A DNA stretch of 64,000 nucleotides from Spirochaetaceae bacterium (GTDB taxonomy: Bacteria; Spirochaetota; Spirochaetia; DSM-2461). This document shows, in pieces, positions 19,616-29,043 of the stretch. Under the pieces are notes generated by a model. It was not told the origin of the DNA. It made no database searches and worked only from the letters and a program-made list of their open reading frames with translations. Each line of letters begins with the position of its first letter. The stretch's first letter is position 1. The stretch is taken from contig JAOPTT010000009.1 of the NCBI GenBank assembly GCA_051531975.1, positions 448,001-512,000 of the forward strand. Direction: 5' to 3'. Both the position numbers and the translations under genes were made by a program.

Positions 19616-21574
19616 TGTATGATTTATATTTCCATTTAAGTCTAGAAACCAATCACTGTCTGATAAACCATCACTATCAACCCAGCTATCATAATTAGTA
19701 TACACCTGGTTTATCTCTACATCATCTTTAGGGTATTTGAAGCTTGAAGGTAAATTAAGCGCCCAAGGACGATTATTTACAGTTTTATAGCTATCACCGT
19801 CAATTACTGTACTATAATCACTAGTTAAAACACTATTGTCATCGACGGAATTAAAATAATCAATATGCACAAGATCTGTTGGAGCTTTCCCAGGTAGGTG
19901 AACTTCCCTTCCTCTCTCTCCATTACTCATAATAAACGGGTTATATGGAGGGTAACCAAGATCGTTTCTAGTTACAGGATCTGTAAACTCAACAGTAATA
20001 ACCATTTCAGTTCCAACATTCTCTACAAAATGTTGTTGTGCTGATTCAAAAATTCCAATTACAGCTTTAGATTGACGTTTTTCAGTTCCATTATTATCTC
20101 TTTTTATATATCCTCTTGAGAATTCTCCTCCTGTTGTATTTGCTATGTTATCAGGACTTAAACCTAGTTCTATAGCAAATCCATTATTCATACTAGCTAG
20201 CATTCCTTGTATTAAGAACCAAGCCTTTATTGATACTACATCACCTGCTGAATTTTTATACTCTTCTATTCTTATATCGATTACTAAATCGTTAAAATCA
20301 TAATCACCCATATGTGGCCAAAGATCCTCATACGCTAGTGTTCCATAATTACCTTCTGAAGGGTAGTAGTCTATTGCTGATAAATTACTATTATTAGGAA
20401 AGCTATCTAATGTATCAATTATTCCATCTCCATCACTATCTATTGTAGGACTATCTTCAGGTACTACTATACCATCCTTATCTATTGCAGTAATTGGGTT
20501 AGACTCTACAGAAAATATTGCGTCATTGAAGTCGTTATCACCATATGGTCTTTCAAGGTCTTCAAAAGATATAATAACTCTTTCATCAAATGCTATCTGA
20601 ACAACATGTTGATTATTAGGACTTTCTTCTTTATTTAATTCATCTATAGAGTAGAATGTATTATTACCATTTCCAACACTTGAGTCCGATTCAAAGCCAT
20701 TTGCAACAAGTGCCCAGGCTATTGTTGTTCCAGCAGAAAAATCACCAATCTTTACAGTATCACCTGAAGTTAAACCACCACCACTTCCACTATATGAAAC
20801 ATTTGGATAAATTATTGTAAGATCACTTTTTTCTATAGTACTTGGAATTCCACTATTAGTTTGATATGTAAAAAATAGTAGTACATTTTTATATCCTGCA
20901 CCTTCATGGACAAAAGTTACAAAGACTTCACCATCTTCGACAATACTTATATTAGTAATAGCACCATCAGAAAGATATTGAGGGTTATTTTCAGGAACAG
21001 GCTGATTTTCTGGAAGAACTGAGTTTAATACAGTTAAAAAATCTGATGTAAACAGTTCATTACTAAGAATATAATCGGGAACACCACTATTATCCCAGCT
21101 TCCTAAAGTTTGATAAGCACTATCTTGTTTTGATTTTGGTTTTCCTCTGGAAAAATATGTAGCATTATTTAAATCTTTGGAAAAATATGTATATTTTATC
21201 TCACCATTTATCAAAGGAACCACGATAGATTGTGGAAGACCAATATAATCTGTTTTTAGAACTATTTCGGTTACATATGCTGGTATCGTTGTTGTTGTAG
21301 TTATCTTACCATTTCTATTAGAAATAACTGAAAGTCTTTTTTGCGTATCAAAATATATATTTATAGGTACGCTGCTAAAAACAGTATCTATATCAAATGA
21401 AACTAGATTTGATGTTTCATAATTAAATTTTTCATTTTCAACAATAATGATATCATTATCATCACCAATATTATCTTCAATAATTTCTTCAAAGTTATCA
21501 TCTATTTGCTCAAAAAACGGGTTTTCACAAGATAAAGAAATTATTATTGTTATTAAAATCGCTATATATTTCAT
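19598..21574 (-). CDS. LruC-domain (DUF4842) lipoprotein with DUF4114-like domain and Ca-binding repeat
   Basis: Start MKYIAILITIIISLSC (lipobox) at 21574 after GGAGG; ISFEDL..DNDFNDAIF; DSDGDGIIDTLDSFP; TLAYEDLWP..GDYDFNDLV; PYNPFI..REVHLP; PWAL. Confidence 0.85.
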   Translation of the reverse strand: MKYIAILITIIISLSCENPFFEQIDDNFEEIIEDNIGDDNDIIIVENEKFNYETSNLVSFDIDTVFSSVPINIYFDTQKRLSVISNRNGKITTTTTIPAYVTEIVLKTDYIGLPQSIVVPLINGEIKYTYFSKDLNNATYFSRGKPKSKQDSAYQTLGSWDNSGVPDYILSNELFTSDFLTVLNSVLPENQPVPENNPQYLSDGAITNISIVEDGEVFVTFVHEGAGYKNVLLFFTYQTNSGIPSTIEKSDLTIIYPNVSYSGSGGGLTSGDTVKIGDFSAGTTIAWALVANGFESDSSVGNGNNTFYSIDELNKEESPNNQHVVQIAFDERVIISFEDLERPYGDNDFNDAIFSVESNPITAIDKDGIVVPEDSPTIDSDGDGIIDTLDSFPNNSNLSAIDYYPSEGNYGTLAYEDLWPHMGDYDFNDLVIDIRIEEYKNSAGDVVSIKAWFLIQGMLASMNNGFAIELGLSPDNIANTTGGEFSRGYIKRDNNGTEKRQSKAVIGIFESAQQHFVENVGTEMVITVEFTDPVTRNDLGYPPYNPFIMSNGERGREVHLPGKAPTDLVHIDYFNSVDDNSVLTSDYSTVIDGDSYKTVNNRPWALNLPSSFKYPKDDVEINQVYTNYDSWVDSDGLSDSDWFLDLNGNINHTLLFIK

Positions 21575-21598
21575 ACTAGCCTCCGCATATAAATAATA

Positions 21599-21614
21599 TG
21601 CACAAACCGTACCA
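21599..21614 (-). promoter_or_regulatory. sigma54 (-24/-12) promoter of the LruC-domain lipoprotein gene
   Basis: Minus strand TGGTACGGTTTGTGCA vs consensus TGGCACG-N4-TTGCW, with exact GG-N10-GC spacing, 24 nt upstream of the ATG. Confidence 0.8.
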
Positions 21615-21617
21615 AGT

Positions 21618-22988
21618 TTACGAAATATTATGCTTATCCATCTTGTAATAGAGTTGTCTTCTAGAAACCCCAAGTTCCTCTGCAACAATTGATTTATTAA
21701 ATCGATTCTTTTTTAAGCATTTTTTTATTAACTGTATCTCTAAGTAATCAATATTTTCTTGGAGATTAAATGAATCTATTTCTTTGTGACTCTTAGCTGT
21801 ATTTGAGTTTAAACTGGATAGTGGAATATCATCTACAGTAATTGTAGTTGATTCACACATTGCAAAGGATCGGGCAATAATATTTTCTAGTTCCCTAATA
21901 TTTCCTGGAAAATCAAAACTTTGCAATTTTTTAACTGCATCTTTATTAATCGTAACTTCTTTCTCATACTCATTATTAAAGTTACGTAAAAAGGTATCGA
22001 TTAGGATGGGAACATCATCTATACGTTCCCTTAATGGTGGAATCTCTATTGGAATAATATTTAATCTATAATATAAATCTTCTCTAAATTCGCCATTAGA
22101 AATAAGTTTAGAAAGGTTTCTATTTGTTGCAGTAATTATTCTTGCATCAGAAAATAGTTTTTCAGTCCCTCCTACTCTTTCAAAAGAACCATCTTGCAAT
22201 ACCCTAAGAAGTTTTACCTGTAGACTAATATCCATATCTCCAATTTCATCAAGAAAAAGTGTTCCTTGATTAGCTAATTCAAAACGACCTTTTTTACTAG
22301 TTATAGCCCCTGTGAAGGCCCCTTTTTCGTAACCAAACATCTCACTTTCTAAAAGGGTAGAAACAATTCCAGCACTATTGGTTTTAATATACGATCTGTT
22401 TTGCCTACTACTTCCGTAGTGTATCTGGTCAGCAATTATCTCTTTACCTGTACCACTCTCGCCTAATATTAGCACAGGGAAATTACTATTCTGAGCTGTT
22501 TTTATCATTTTATGAACACTTAACATTGAATTACTAGAGGCAACAAAATCCTTTGTAATAGTTAAAATCGAGACTCTTTTCTCTAGCAAAGAAATTTTAA
22601 ACTCATTACTTATAATAGTGAACAGTTGATTGAGTTTTAATATCAATTCTTCTAGTATTATAGGTTTAGATATATAGTCATAGACCCCTTTTTTAATAAA
22701 AGAGATTGCATTTGTAACGCTTCCACTACCAGTTATAACTATAATGTATGGAGGATGTTCATATTTAAGTAGAATATCGATTAATACACTACCACCTTTT
22801 TTAGGCATTTTTAAATCAACTAATACAATATCAAATTTTATAAGATTTAGTTCGGTTATTGCACTATCTACAGAAGATACACATTTTAGAAATATTTCGT
22901 CCCATATTTCTGATCTTCTTAAACCACGCTCTAAGGAGTTTAAATACGATGTTTCATCGTCAACAATTAGTATACTTTTTTTTATCAT
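21618..22988 (-). CDS. sigma54-dependent response regulator (NtrC/AtoC family: REC-AAA+-Fis HTH)
   Basis: LIVDDE, DLKMP, GESGTGKE, ESEMFGYEKGAFTGA, LFLDEIGD, FPGNIRELEN, C-terminal HTH. Confidence 0.95.
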   Translation of the reverse strand: MIKKSILIVDDETSYLNSLERGLRRSEIWDEIFLKCVSSVDSAITELNLIKFDIVLVDLKMPKKGGSVLIDILLKYEHPPYIIVITGSGSVTNAISFIKKGVYDYISKPIILEELILKLNQLFTIISNEFKISLLEKRVSILTITKDFVASSNSMLSVHKMIKTAQNSNFPVLILGESGTGKEIIADQIHYGSSRQNRSYIKTNSAGIVSTLLESEMFGYEKGAFTGAITSKKGRFELANQGTLFLDEIGDMDISLQVKLLRVLQDGSFERVGGTEKLFSDARIITATNRNLSKLISNGEFREDLYYRLNIIPIEIPPLRERIDDVPILIDTFLRNFNNEYEKEVTINKDAVKKLQSFDFPGNIRELENIIARSFAMCESTTITVDDIPLSSLNSNTAKSHKEIDSFNLQENIDYLEIQLIKKCLKKNRFNKSIVAEELGVSRRQLYYKMDKHNIS

Positions 22989-23032
22989 AAATTTGTTTTC
23001 CTAATATTAATAGTATATGATTAATTGATAAT

Positions 23033-23047
23033 ATACAAATTTTGCAC
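23033..23047. promoter_or_regulatory. Imperfect palindrome, candidate operator in the divergent regulator/flippase intergenic region
   Basis: ATACAAATTTTGCAC (RYRCAAA-W-TTTGYRY symmetry); overlaps a possible -35 (TTGTAT-N17-TACTAT, minus strand) of the regulator. Confidence 0.35.
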
Positions 23048-23081
23048 ACTTTGAGTTAATCTTTTCTCATAAGGAAATAAA

Positions 23082-24281
23082 ATGAAAATTAAAGAAAAAG
23101 TTATCTATCCATTTCTTGATATTCTTTTAAATGGTTTTAATTATGGTTTTCATGTTTACACTAGTTGGTATTTAATAAAAAGATCCTACGCTGTTCTAAA
23201 CGCCTATTTAGCCCTTGTTTCACTTCTTATGGTTATTGGAATAGCACTTCAGAGTTACAATGCAAAACTCTCAGCAGGGGTTAAGATTTCCGGAACAGAT
23301 TTAAAATTAGTAAATCCTTTTATTATTATGGGAATTCCATCAATTCTTTTAATCATATTTTCACCTATTATTGTCCCATTCCTAAAAGGAGATTTTTTAT
23401 CTTTAATTATAATCTCTATACTTCTTATTTTGCACTCGGTTTTAAGTAGTGGCCGAGGGTTAATGCAGGGGCAGGGAAGCTTCCTAAAACTTAATGTTAG
23501 TTTCTATATTGAAGTTATAGTTAAGATTGCTTTTTTAATAATATTTATGCCTAGGTTTCCTAATATTTATATCCCACTTCTTTCTATATTATTAGGTTAT
23601 ACCATAGCCCTGGTGCACCTTAAGTTTTATGTTGTTACTCTTAAAATTAGAAAACTTCAACTAATGGGTGTTAAAAGCTTTTTGAAAAATAAAAAGATTG
23701 TTGTTTTCATTTTGAGTCAGTTTTTCATCTATAGTTATTTCTCAATGGATATGATTCTAGTTAATGGATTACATCAGGAATTCGCACCTATATACGCGAT
23801 AGTCCAAAAATTGGGTATGATCCAGTTTTTTGTTGGAAGTAGTTTAATGGCAGTTTTTTTACCTGAACTTGCGGATAATAGTATTGATAATTATGAATTT
23901 GAGAGAAGGTGGAAACGATTTCTTATTATACTAGTTATAGTATTAGCTTTCTTTCAGATATTCTATAACACTGTTTTCAAAATGATACTTCCATATATGT
24001 TTGGTGAACAATATCTTTCAGCAGGAGACTGGGTTCCATATGGAGGGGTGATATTTGCACTTTTAGTAATAATTAATTTCTTTATCATTACACTATTGGC
24101 CAAAAATAGCAGGATCTTTAATGTTGTTTTATTTGCTGGACTAGTTTTAGTGTCAGTTGGCATCATAATTGCAAGATCTATTAGTGAGGTACTGCTAATT
24201 GAAGGTATCGTGTATTTTGTTATCGCTCTAAGCTTATATGGAGTTATACTTAAGGAGAAAAAGAGATGGAATATAATTTAA
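23082..24281 (+). CDS. Wzx/MOP-like oligosaccharide flippase
   Basis: About 12 TM helices, GRGLMQG, SMDMILV, VFLPEL motifs; first gene of an operon with two glycosyltransferases. Confidence 0.75.
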   Translation: MKIKEKVIYPFLDILLNGFNYGFHVYTSWYLIKRSYAVLNAYLALVSLLMVIGIALQSYNAKLSAGVKISGTDLKLVNPFIIMGIPSILLIIFSPIIVPFLKGDFLSLIIISILLILHSVLSSGRGLMQGQGSFLKLNVSFYIEVIVKIAFLIIFMPRFPNIYIPLLSILLGYTIALVHLKFYVVTLKIRKLQLMGVKSFLKNKKIVVFILSQFFIYSYFSMDMILVNGLHQEFAPIYAIVQKLGMIQFFVGSSLMAVFLPELADNSIDNYEFERRWKRFLIILVIVLAFFQIFYNTVFKMILPYMFGEQYLSAGDWVPYGGVIFALLVIINFFIITLLAKNSRIFNVVLFAGLVLVSVGIIIARSISEVLLIEGIVYFVIALSLYGVILKEKKRWNII

Positions 24282-25426
24282 AAAAAAGTGATCTAAAAAC
24301 AATATTATTTTTATCATGGAGAGATATTAAAGCACCTAAAATGGGTGGAGCTGAAATTTTTACCCACGAAATGCTTAAAAGAATGGATAAAAAGAACTAT
24401 AGAATATTACACTATTCACCTCTATTCAAGGATTGTACCGAAGAGGAAGAAATCGATGGTATTCTTTATATTAGAAGTGGTTCTATTTTTACAGTTATAT
24501 CTAAAGCAGTAAATTTTTATAAACAAAACAGAGATAAAATTGATTATGTAGTTAATCAGTGTAATACACATCGGTTTTTTACAAAGTTCTGGGTTGAAAA
24601 GAGTAAAAGGATTTTTTTCATTCATCAGTTAACTAGGAAAATATGGTTTTACCATACAAAGTTTCCATTTAGCTTAATTGGTTATTTATTAGAGAAACCT
24701 CTATTAAAGCTAAATAAAAAAGATCTAACAATTACTGTTAGTGATTCTACAAAAAAGGATCTTGAAGCTATAGGTTTTTCTCCAGATAAGATCTCTATAC
24801 TTCCTGAAGGTCTTAGTTTTACTCCTTGGAGTATCGATGATTTTAAAAAGAAAGAAGAAAATCCTACTTTTATCTATGTAGGGCGTTTTGCAAAATATAA
24901 AGGGATAGACGATGCTATTAAAGCATTTTCATTAGTAAAAGCAAATTACCCAGAAGCTAAACTTTGGATTGTTGGTAAAATCAATGTTGACTATATGGAG
25001 AAGCAACTTAATCCTTTATGTCGTGATTGCGGACTATCTGTTTCTACAGATAATTTACAAGGAGATGTTGAGTATAAAGGCTTTGTGACAGAAGAAGAAA
25101 AACTAAACTTAATGAGCCGCGCTCACCTTCTTATATTTCCTTCAATTAGAGAAGGATGGGGATTAACAATTTCAGAAGCAGCAGCAGTAGGGACACCTAG
25201 TCTTGTATATAATGCTTCAGGTACAAGAGATGCTGTTCAACATGGAGAGAGTGGTTACATGGTCGATATCGGTAATATTCAAGGGCTAAGGGATTCGATG
25301 CAGGAGTCAATTACTTTGACCCAAGAATACAATGATATACGATTTAAAGCTTATGAGTTAAGTAAAACTCTTCATTGGGATAATACAGCTATTAAATTTA
25401 AAGAGTTTTGTGATAGAGAGTTGTAG
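24266..25426 (+). CDS. Glycosyltransferase family 4
   Basis: WRDIKAPKMGGAE N-terminus, YVGRFAKYKG, PSIREGWGLTISEAAAVGTP (EX7E). Confidence 0.93.
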   Translation: MEYNLKKSDLKTILFLSWRDIKAPKMGGAEIFTHEMLKRMDKKNYRILHYSPLFKDCTEEEEIDGILYIRSGSIFTVISKAVNFYKQNRDKIDYVVNQCNTHRFFTKFWVEKSKRIFFIHQLTRKIWFYHTKFPFSLIGYLLEKPLLKLNKKDLTITVSDSTKKDLEAIGFSPDKISILPEGLSFTPWSIDDFKKKEENPTFIYVGRFAKYKGIDDAIKAFSLVKANYPEAKLWIVGKINVDYMEKQLNPLCRDCGLSVSTDNLQGDVEYKGFVTEEEKLNLMSRAHLLIFPSIREGWGLTISEAAAVGTPSLVYNASGTRDAVQHGESGYMVDIGNIQGLRDSMQESITLTQEYNDIRFKAYELSKTLHWDNTAIKFKEFCDREL

Positions 25427-25435
25427 GAGATTAAA

Positions 25436-26314
25436 ATGAATAATTTAGTATCTATAGTAATAACTACGTATAACAACAAATTAAAGGTAGACGAAGCCAT
25501 ATTAAGTTCAGTACATCAGAGCCATAAAAACCTTAATATTATTGTTGTTGATGACGGATCAATTGATGGCACCCCTGAACACTTAACATCTCTTGCTGAA
25601 GAACATTCTGGGTTAAAATTAATTCTTAAAGAGCACGGAGAGAGAGGATTAGCTCGGGAAGCAGGTATAAAACTTTCAATGGAATTAGGTAGTGATTATC
25701 TGTTTTTTATGGATGATGATATGATTCTAGACTATCAGTTAGTAGAACTATGCCTTAAGTATTTTACATCTTATGAGAATTTAGGAGCTTTAGTAATACC
25801 TGAGAGACCATATTCAACTTATACAAATTTCTACAGTAAAGTAAAAGTATTTGAAAGGTCTATTATTAATAATGCAGGTAGGACCCTAGGGAAAAACTCA
25901 ATTGAGGCTGCACGGTTTTGGAAGATGAATGCATATAACCAATCAGGTGGGCTAAATCCCACAGAGATATCATTCGAGGAGACTCAACCAACAATAAGAT
26001 ATAGGGATAATGGTGGATATATTTTAAGAGCAGTTGATACATTTCTACGTCATGATGAAAAAGAAGCAACATTTAAAGGGATAATTTCCAAAAAATATTA
26101 CTACTTTAACTTAATGAATAAGACTTTCGAGTCAGAAGATAAAGGTTTTTTAAAGGCTCTAAGTAGATGGTATTTTTTTAGACCCGTACTATATAGAGCA
26201 GGTAATATACTTAGAGCTCTTAGGCATCCCATATTAGCTATGGGCATGTTTTTTATGTATGTTTGCCTAAGTTTTACTGGCGTTGTTGCACTACTTAGAA
26301 AGCCTAGACTTTAA
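25436..26314 (+). CDS. Glycosyltransferase family 2
   Basis: VSIVITTYN, IIVVDDGSIDGT, FFMDDD DXD motif; C-terminal hydrophobic segment. Confidence 0.92.
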   Translation: MNNLVSIVITTYNNKLKVDEAILSSVHQSHKNLNIIVVDDGSIDGTPEHLTSLAEEHSGLKLILKEHGERGLAREAGIKLSMELGSDYLFFMDDDMILDYQLVELCLKYFTSYENLGALVIPERPYSTYTNFYSKVKVFERSIINNAGRTLGKNSIEAARFWKMNAYNQSGGLNPTEISFEETQPTIRYRDNGGYILRAVDTFLRHDEKEATFKGIISKKYYYFNLMNKTFESEDKGFLKALSRWYFFRPVLYRAGNILRALRHPILAMGMFFMYVCLSFTGVVALLRKPRL

Positions 26315-26686
26315 ATAAGCTGCGTAATCAATTGATTCATTTATAATCTTGATTGCATCAGCTTCAAGTTTCCAGGGTTTGGTTATAAATCTATATACTT
26401 CACCACTATTCATTGCGTGTAATATTGTTGTTACATCAGCATAACCTGTAAGCATAACACGTACACTTCCAGGGGAGCACTCTTTTGATTTCTGTAGCAA
26501 CTCAAAACCATTCATTTCTGGCATTAGAATATCAGATATAATAACATCAGGTTTTCTTAAATTTATTTCCTTTAAAGCATCAATAGCACTTGTAAAGTAA
26601 AAACCATTAAAATCTTCATTCCTAAAAGCTCTTTTTATACTATTTAATACACTTTGTTCATCATCTATAAAAAATACTTCATTCAT
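26291..26686 (-). CDS. Single-domain response regulator
   Basis: FIDDE, ISDILMPEMNG, LTGYAD, FITKPW. Confidence 0.92.
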   Translation of the reverse strand: MNEVFFIDDEQSVLNSIKRAFRNEDFNGFYFTSAIDALKEINLRKPDVIISDILMPEMNGFELLQKSKECSPGSVRVMLTGYADVTTILHAMNSGEVYRFITKPWKLEADAIKIINESIDYAAYLKSRLSK

Positions 26687-27789
26687 ATTTTACCTCTATT
26701 TTGTTTTGGAATTGAAAAAATTGCCTTTATAAACATTAGTGAATCTTTAATAATATTTATGTGTGAACCCTCTCTGTCATAACAAGTAACTGGAAGTTGT
26801 AAAACTCTAAACCTATATTTTTTCGCTAAATATAACATTTCTAAGTCTGCTGCTAATCCATTTTGTATATGCATATTATTAAGCAAAGTCTTAGCAACAG
26901 AACTTCGCATTCCCTTTAATCCTGTTTGTGAGTCTTTAACTCCATATGGTAACAACCCCTTAGTTAAAAAACGTTTTACAAAACTCATAAGTCTTCTTAT
27001 TGGTTTTCGATCCTCTGCAGTTTGGTCCTTAGTTCCAACAATAAAATCATAATAACCATCCTGGAGTATATTAATCATCTTTGATACATCTTCCATAATA
27101 AATGAATCATCACCATCGAGAAAAAAGATATATTCCGCATCTACATTTTTAATTCCCTCAATGTAAGTACCAGCTTTACGGGTATTAACAATTAGGTTAT
27201 GAGCAGAAAACAAAGGGCTCTTTTCAACTATATTGATCTCTTCATTTTTAGAGCTTACCATTTTGTTTAGAAGATTCAATGTGTCATCTTTACTTCCATC
27301 ATTTACAAAATATATTGATGAGTTAATAAATGAGTTTTCAATTAATCCTTGTAATTTTTTTGTTTGATTTAAAATATTCTGAAATCTTTGTTCTTCGTCA
27401 AATACTGAAACAATAATAGCTATGTCATGTTTCTTCCAAGGATATTCTGGGTGAATGAGACTTTGACTATTAAGTAAAACTGAAGCTTTAAATCTATCCC
27501 TATATTCTAAAACTCTTGTAGCACCTAACCCATTTACATGTTTCAATATTTTAGTATTTGTAGAGTTAGGATAATTAACCAATAATAAAATAGGTATAGA
27601 ACTATCCTTACTTCTAATTTCATTTGCAATACTAATAGAATCATCTTGATCAAATAAATCAATAATGACTAATAGCAGATTCTCAATAATATATGTTTTA
27701 TCCAAAAAGGTAGCTTTGTAATATCCTAATATTGATTCATACTCAATTGATCTTTTTTGGTCGCTGTAAACTCCAATTGCCTCGGTCAT
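26683..27789 (-). CDS. Receiver-like domain fused to GT2 polyprenol-phosphate glycosyltransferase (DPG/DPM synthase-like)
   Basis: N-term LLVIIDL...EIRSKDSSIPILLL...GATRVL (REC-like); C-term FVNDGSKDDT, RKAG, FLDGD, DSQTGLKG, ADLEMLYLAKK. Confidence 0.8.
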   Translation of the reverse strand: MTEAIGVYSDQKRSIEYESILGYYKATFLDKTYIIENLLLVIIDLFDQDDSISIANEIRSKDSSIPILLLVNYPNSTNTKILKHVNGLGATRVLEYRDRFKASVLLNSQSLIHPEYPWKKHDIAIIVSVFDEEQRFQNILNQTKKLQGLIENSFINSSIYFVNDGSKDDTLNLLNKMVSSKNEEINIVEKSPLFSAHNLIVNTRKAGTYIEGIKNVDAEYIFFLDGDDSFIMEDVSKMINILQDGYYDFIVGTKDQTAEDRKPIRRLMSFVKRFLTKGLLPYGVKDSQTGLKGMRSSVAKTLLNNMHIQNGLAADLEMLYLAKKYRFRVLQLPVTCYDREGSHINIIKDSLMFIKAIFSIPKQNRGKI

Positions 27790-27840
27790 AATCTCTCCTT
27801 TTATAAATTATATTTCTTTTTATATCTTAAATATTAAAAT

Positions 27841-29043
27841 CTAAAAAATTATTTGTTGTAGCTTTAATACTAACTGAAATCCTAAGTCTCTAGTTTGGAT
27901 TTCTTCTATAACAGAAAATCCCTCTGGTTTTAGTACAGATATGTAAATTTCAAAAAGAGTATCTTCTGACCAAAGATTTTTCCACTTTAACCCACCTGAA
28001 AATATAGTTCCAATAAATGAGTCTTCTCTATCTTCAATGTCATATGTTTTAGCAGTAAAATGTGATGATGCACTTAACCAAATGTTAATATTATCTTTAT
28101 CCCATGATTGATTAAGTCCAATACTATTTAATCCGTAAATATTACCAGCCTCTTGATAGAGGTAGTTAAAATGAGAGCCATAATGAAATTCAAGATTCTT
28201 ATTATCAATAGATGTAAAGTTATAGTTATCTGTTATTTCGTCATTACTAGTTAGATGTGCACCAAGAATTTTCGTCTTAAAATTGAAATAATTAATTGAA
28301 ACTTCTTCCCTTATAGCCCATGTAGAGACTTCATCACGGTACGCTAATCCAACAAAAGTATTAGCCTCTACAAAATCTAAATTTATATTATGATTAACTG
28401 ATGGGTATATGGAATTAAAAAAATTAGAGTCCTGATACTCTATAGGGAGCCTAAACAAAACTTTGTTACTTTGTAAGTTTAGATCAATTCCTAATAAGTT
28501 AATTATTAAATTGTCATCATTATATTTTTCACTATTAAAATCGTATGAACCATCATCATTATAAGTATTAAATAAGCTATAAAAAATTCCTGAATAAAAG
28601 ACATCTAAAATATCAGATTTATAACCTAATTCACCCTGACCTGTTGTAACTGTTGTTCCAAATCCAAAGGGCAACGATGCATTATATTTCCCAAACTTTA
28701 TATAAAGTGGGGAGTCTTTATAATATCCTTGATAAAATGTATCTGCTTTTAATTGACCACTAAGTTCTCCATCTTTTCCAAAACTACCATCTAGACTGCC
28801 AAGAGAACCAAAAAGTTCTATATTTAATAAAAGTATATTTCGGTTATCAGTCCATATAAATTGTGCAGTTAAAGATGTTAATAATTTAGAAATAGGAGTA
28901 TTGTCAATTTCATTACCATCGTCATCATATATTAAATTAACTTCATCATAATTCTCATAAATTAATGCTGGTATACCACCAATTTGAACTTCAGAATATA
29001 ATCTTAAAGGAATTAATAATAATAAAATAATGATTTTTTTCAT
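27841..29043 (-). CDS. Exported protein, candidate outer-membrane beta-barrel
   Basis: Signal peptide MKKIIILLLLIPLRLYS, many amphipathic aromatic/Gly-rich strands, terminal Phe. Confidence 0.55.
   Translation of the reverse strand: MKKIIILLLLIPLRLYSEVQIGGIPALIYENYDEVNLIYDDDGNEIDNTPISKLLTSLTAQFIWTDNRNILLLNIELFGSLGSLDGSFGKDGELSGQLKADTFYQGYYKDSPLYIKFGKYNASLPFGFGTTVTTGQGELGYKSDILDVFYSGIFYSLFNTYNDDGSYDFNSEKYNDDNLIINLLGIDLNLQSNKVLFRLPIEYQDSNFFNSIYPSVNHNINLDFVEANTFVGLAYRDEVSTWAIREEVSINYFNFKTKILGAHLTSNDEITDNYNFTSIDNKNLEFHYGSHFNYLYQEAGNIYGLNSIGLNQSWDKDNINIWLSASSHFTAKTYDIEDREDSFIGTIFSGGLKWKNLWSEDTLFEIYISVLKPEGFSVIEEIQTRDLGFQLVLKLQQIIF

Noticed and set aside
21575..21688. 38-aa N-terminal extension of the LruC protein in the ORF track
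   Set aside because: It overlaps the upstream gene and the sigma54 promoter; the RBS and lipoprotein signal fit ATG 21574. Similar over-extended starts were trimmed at 2950, 14029, 30916, 32162 and 47331.
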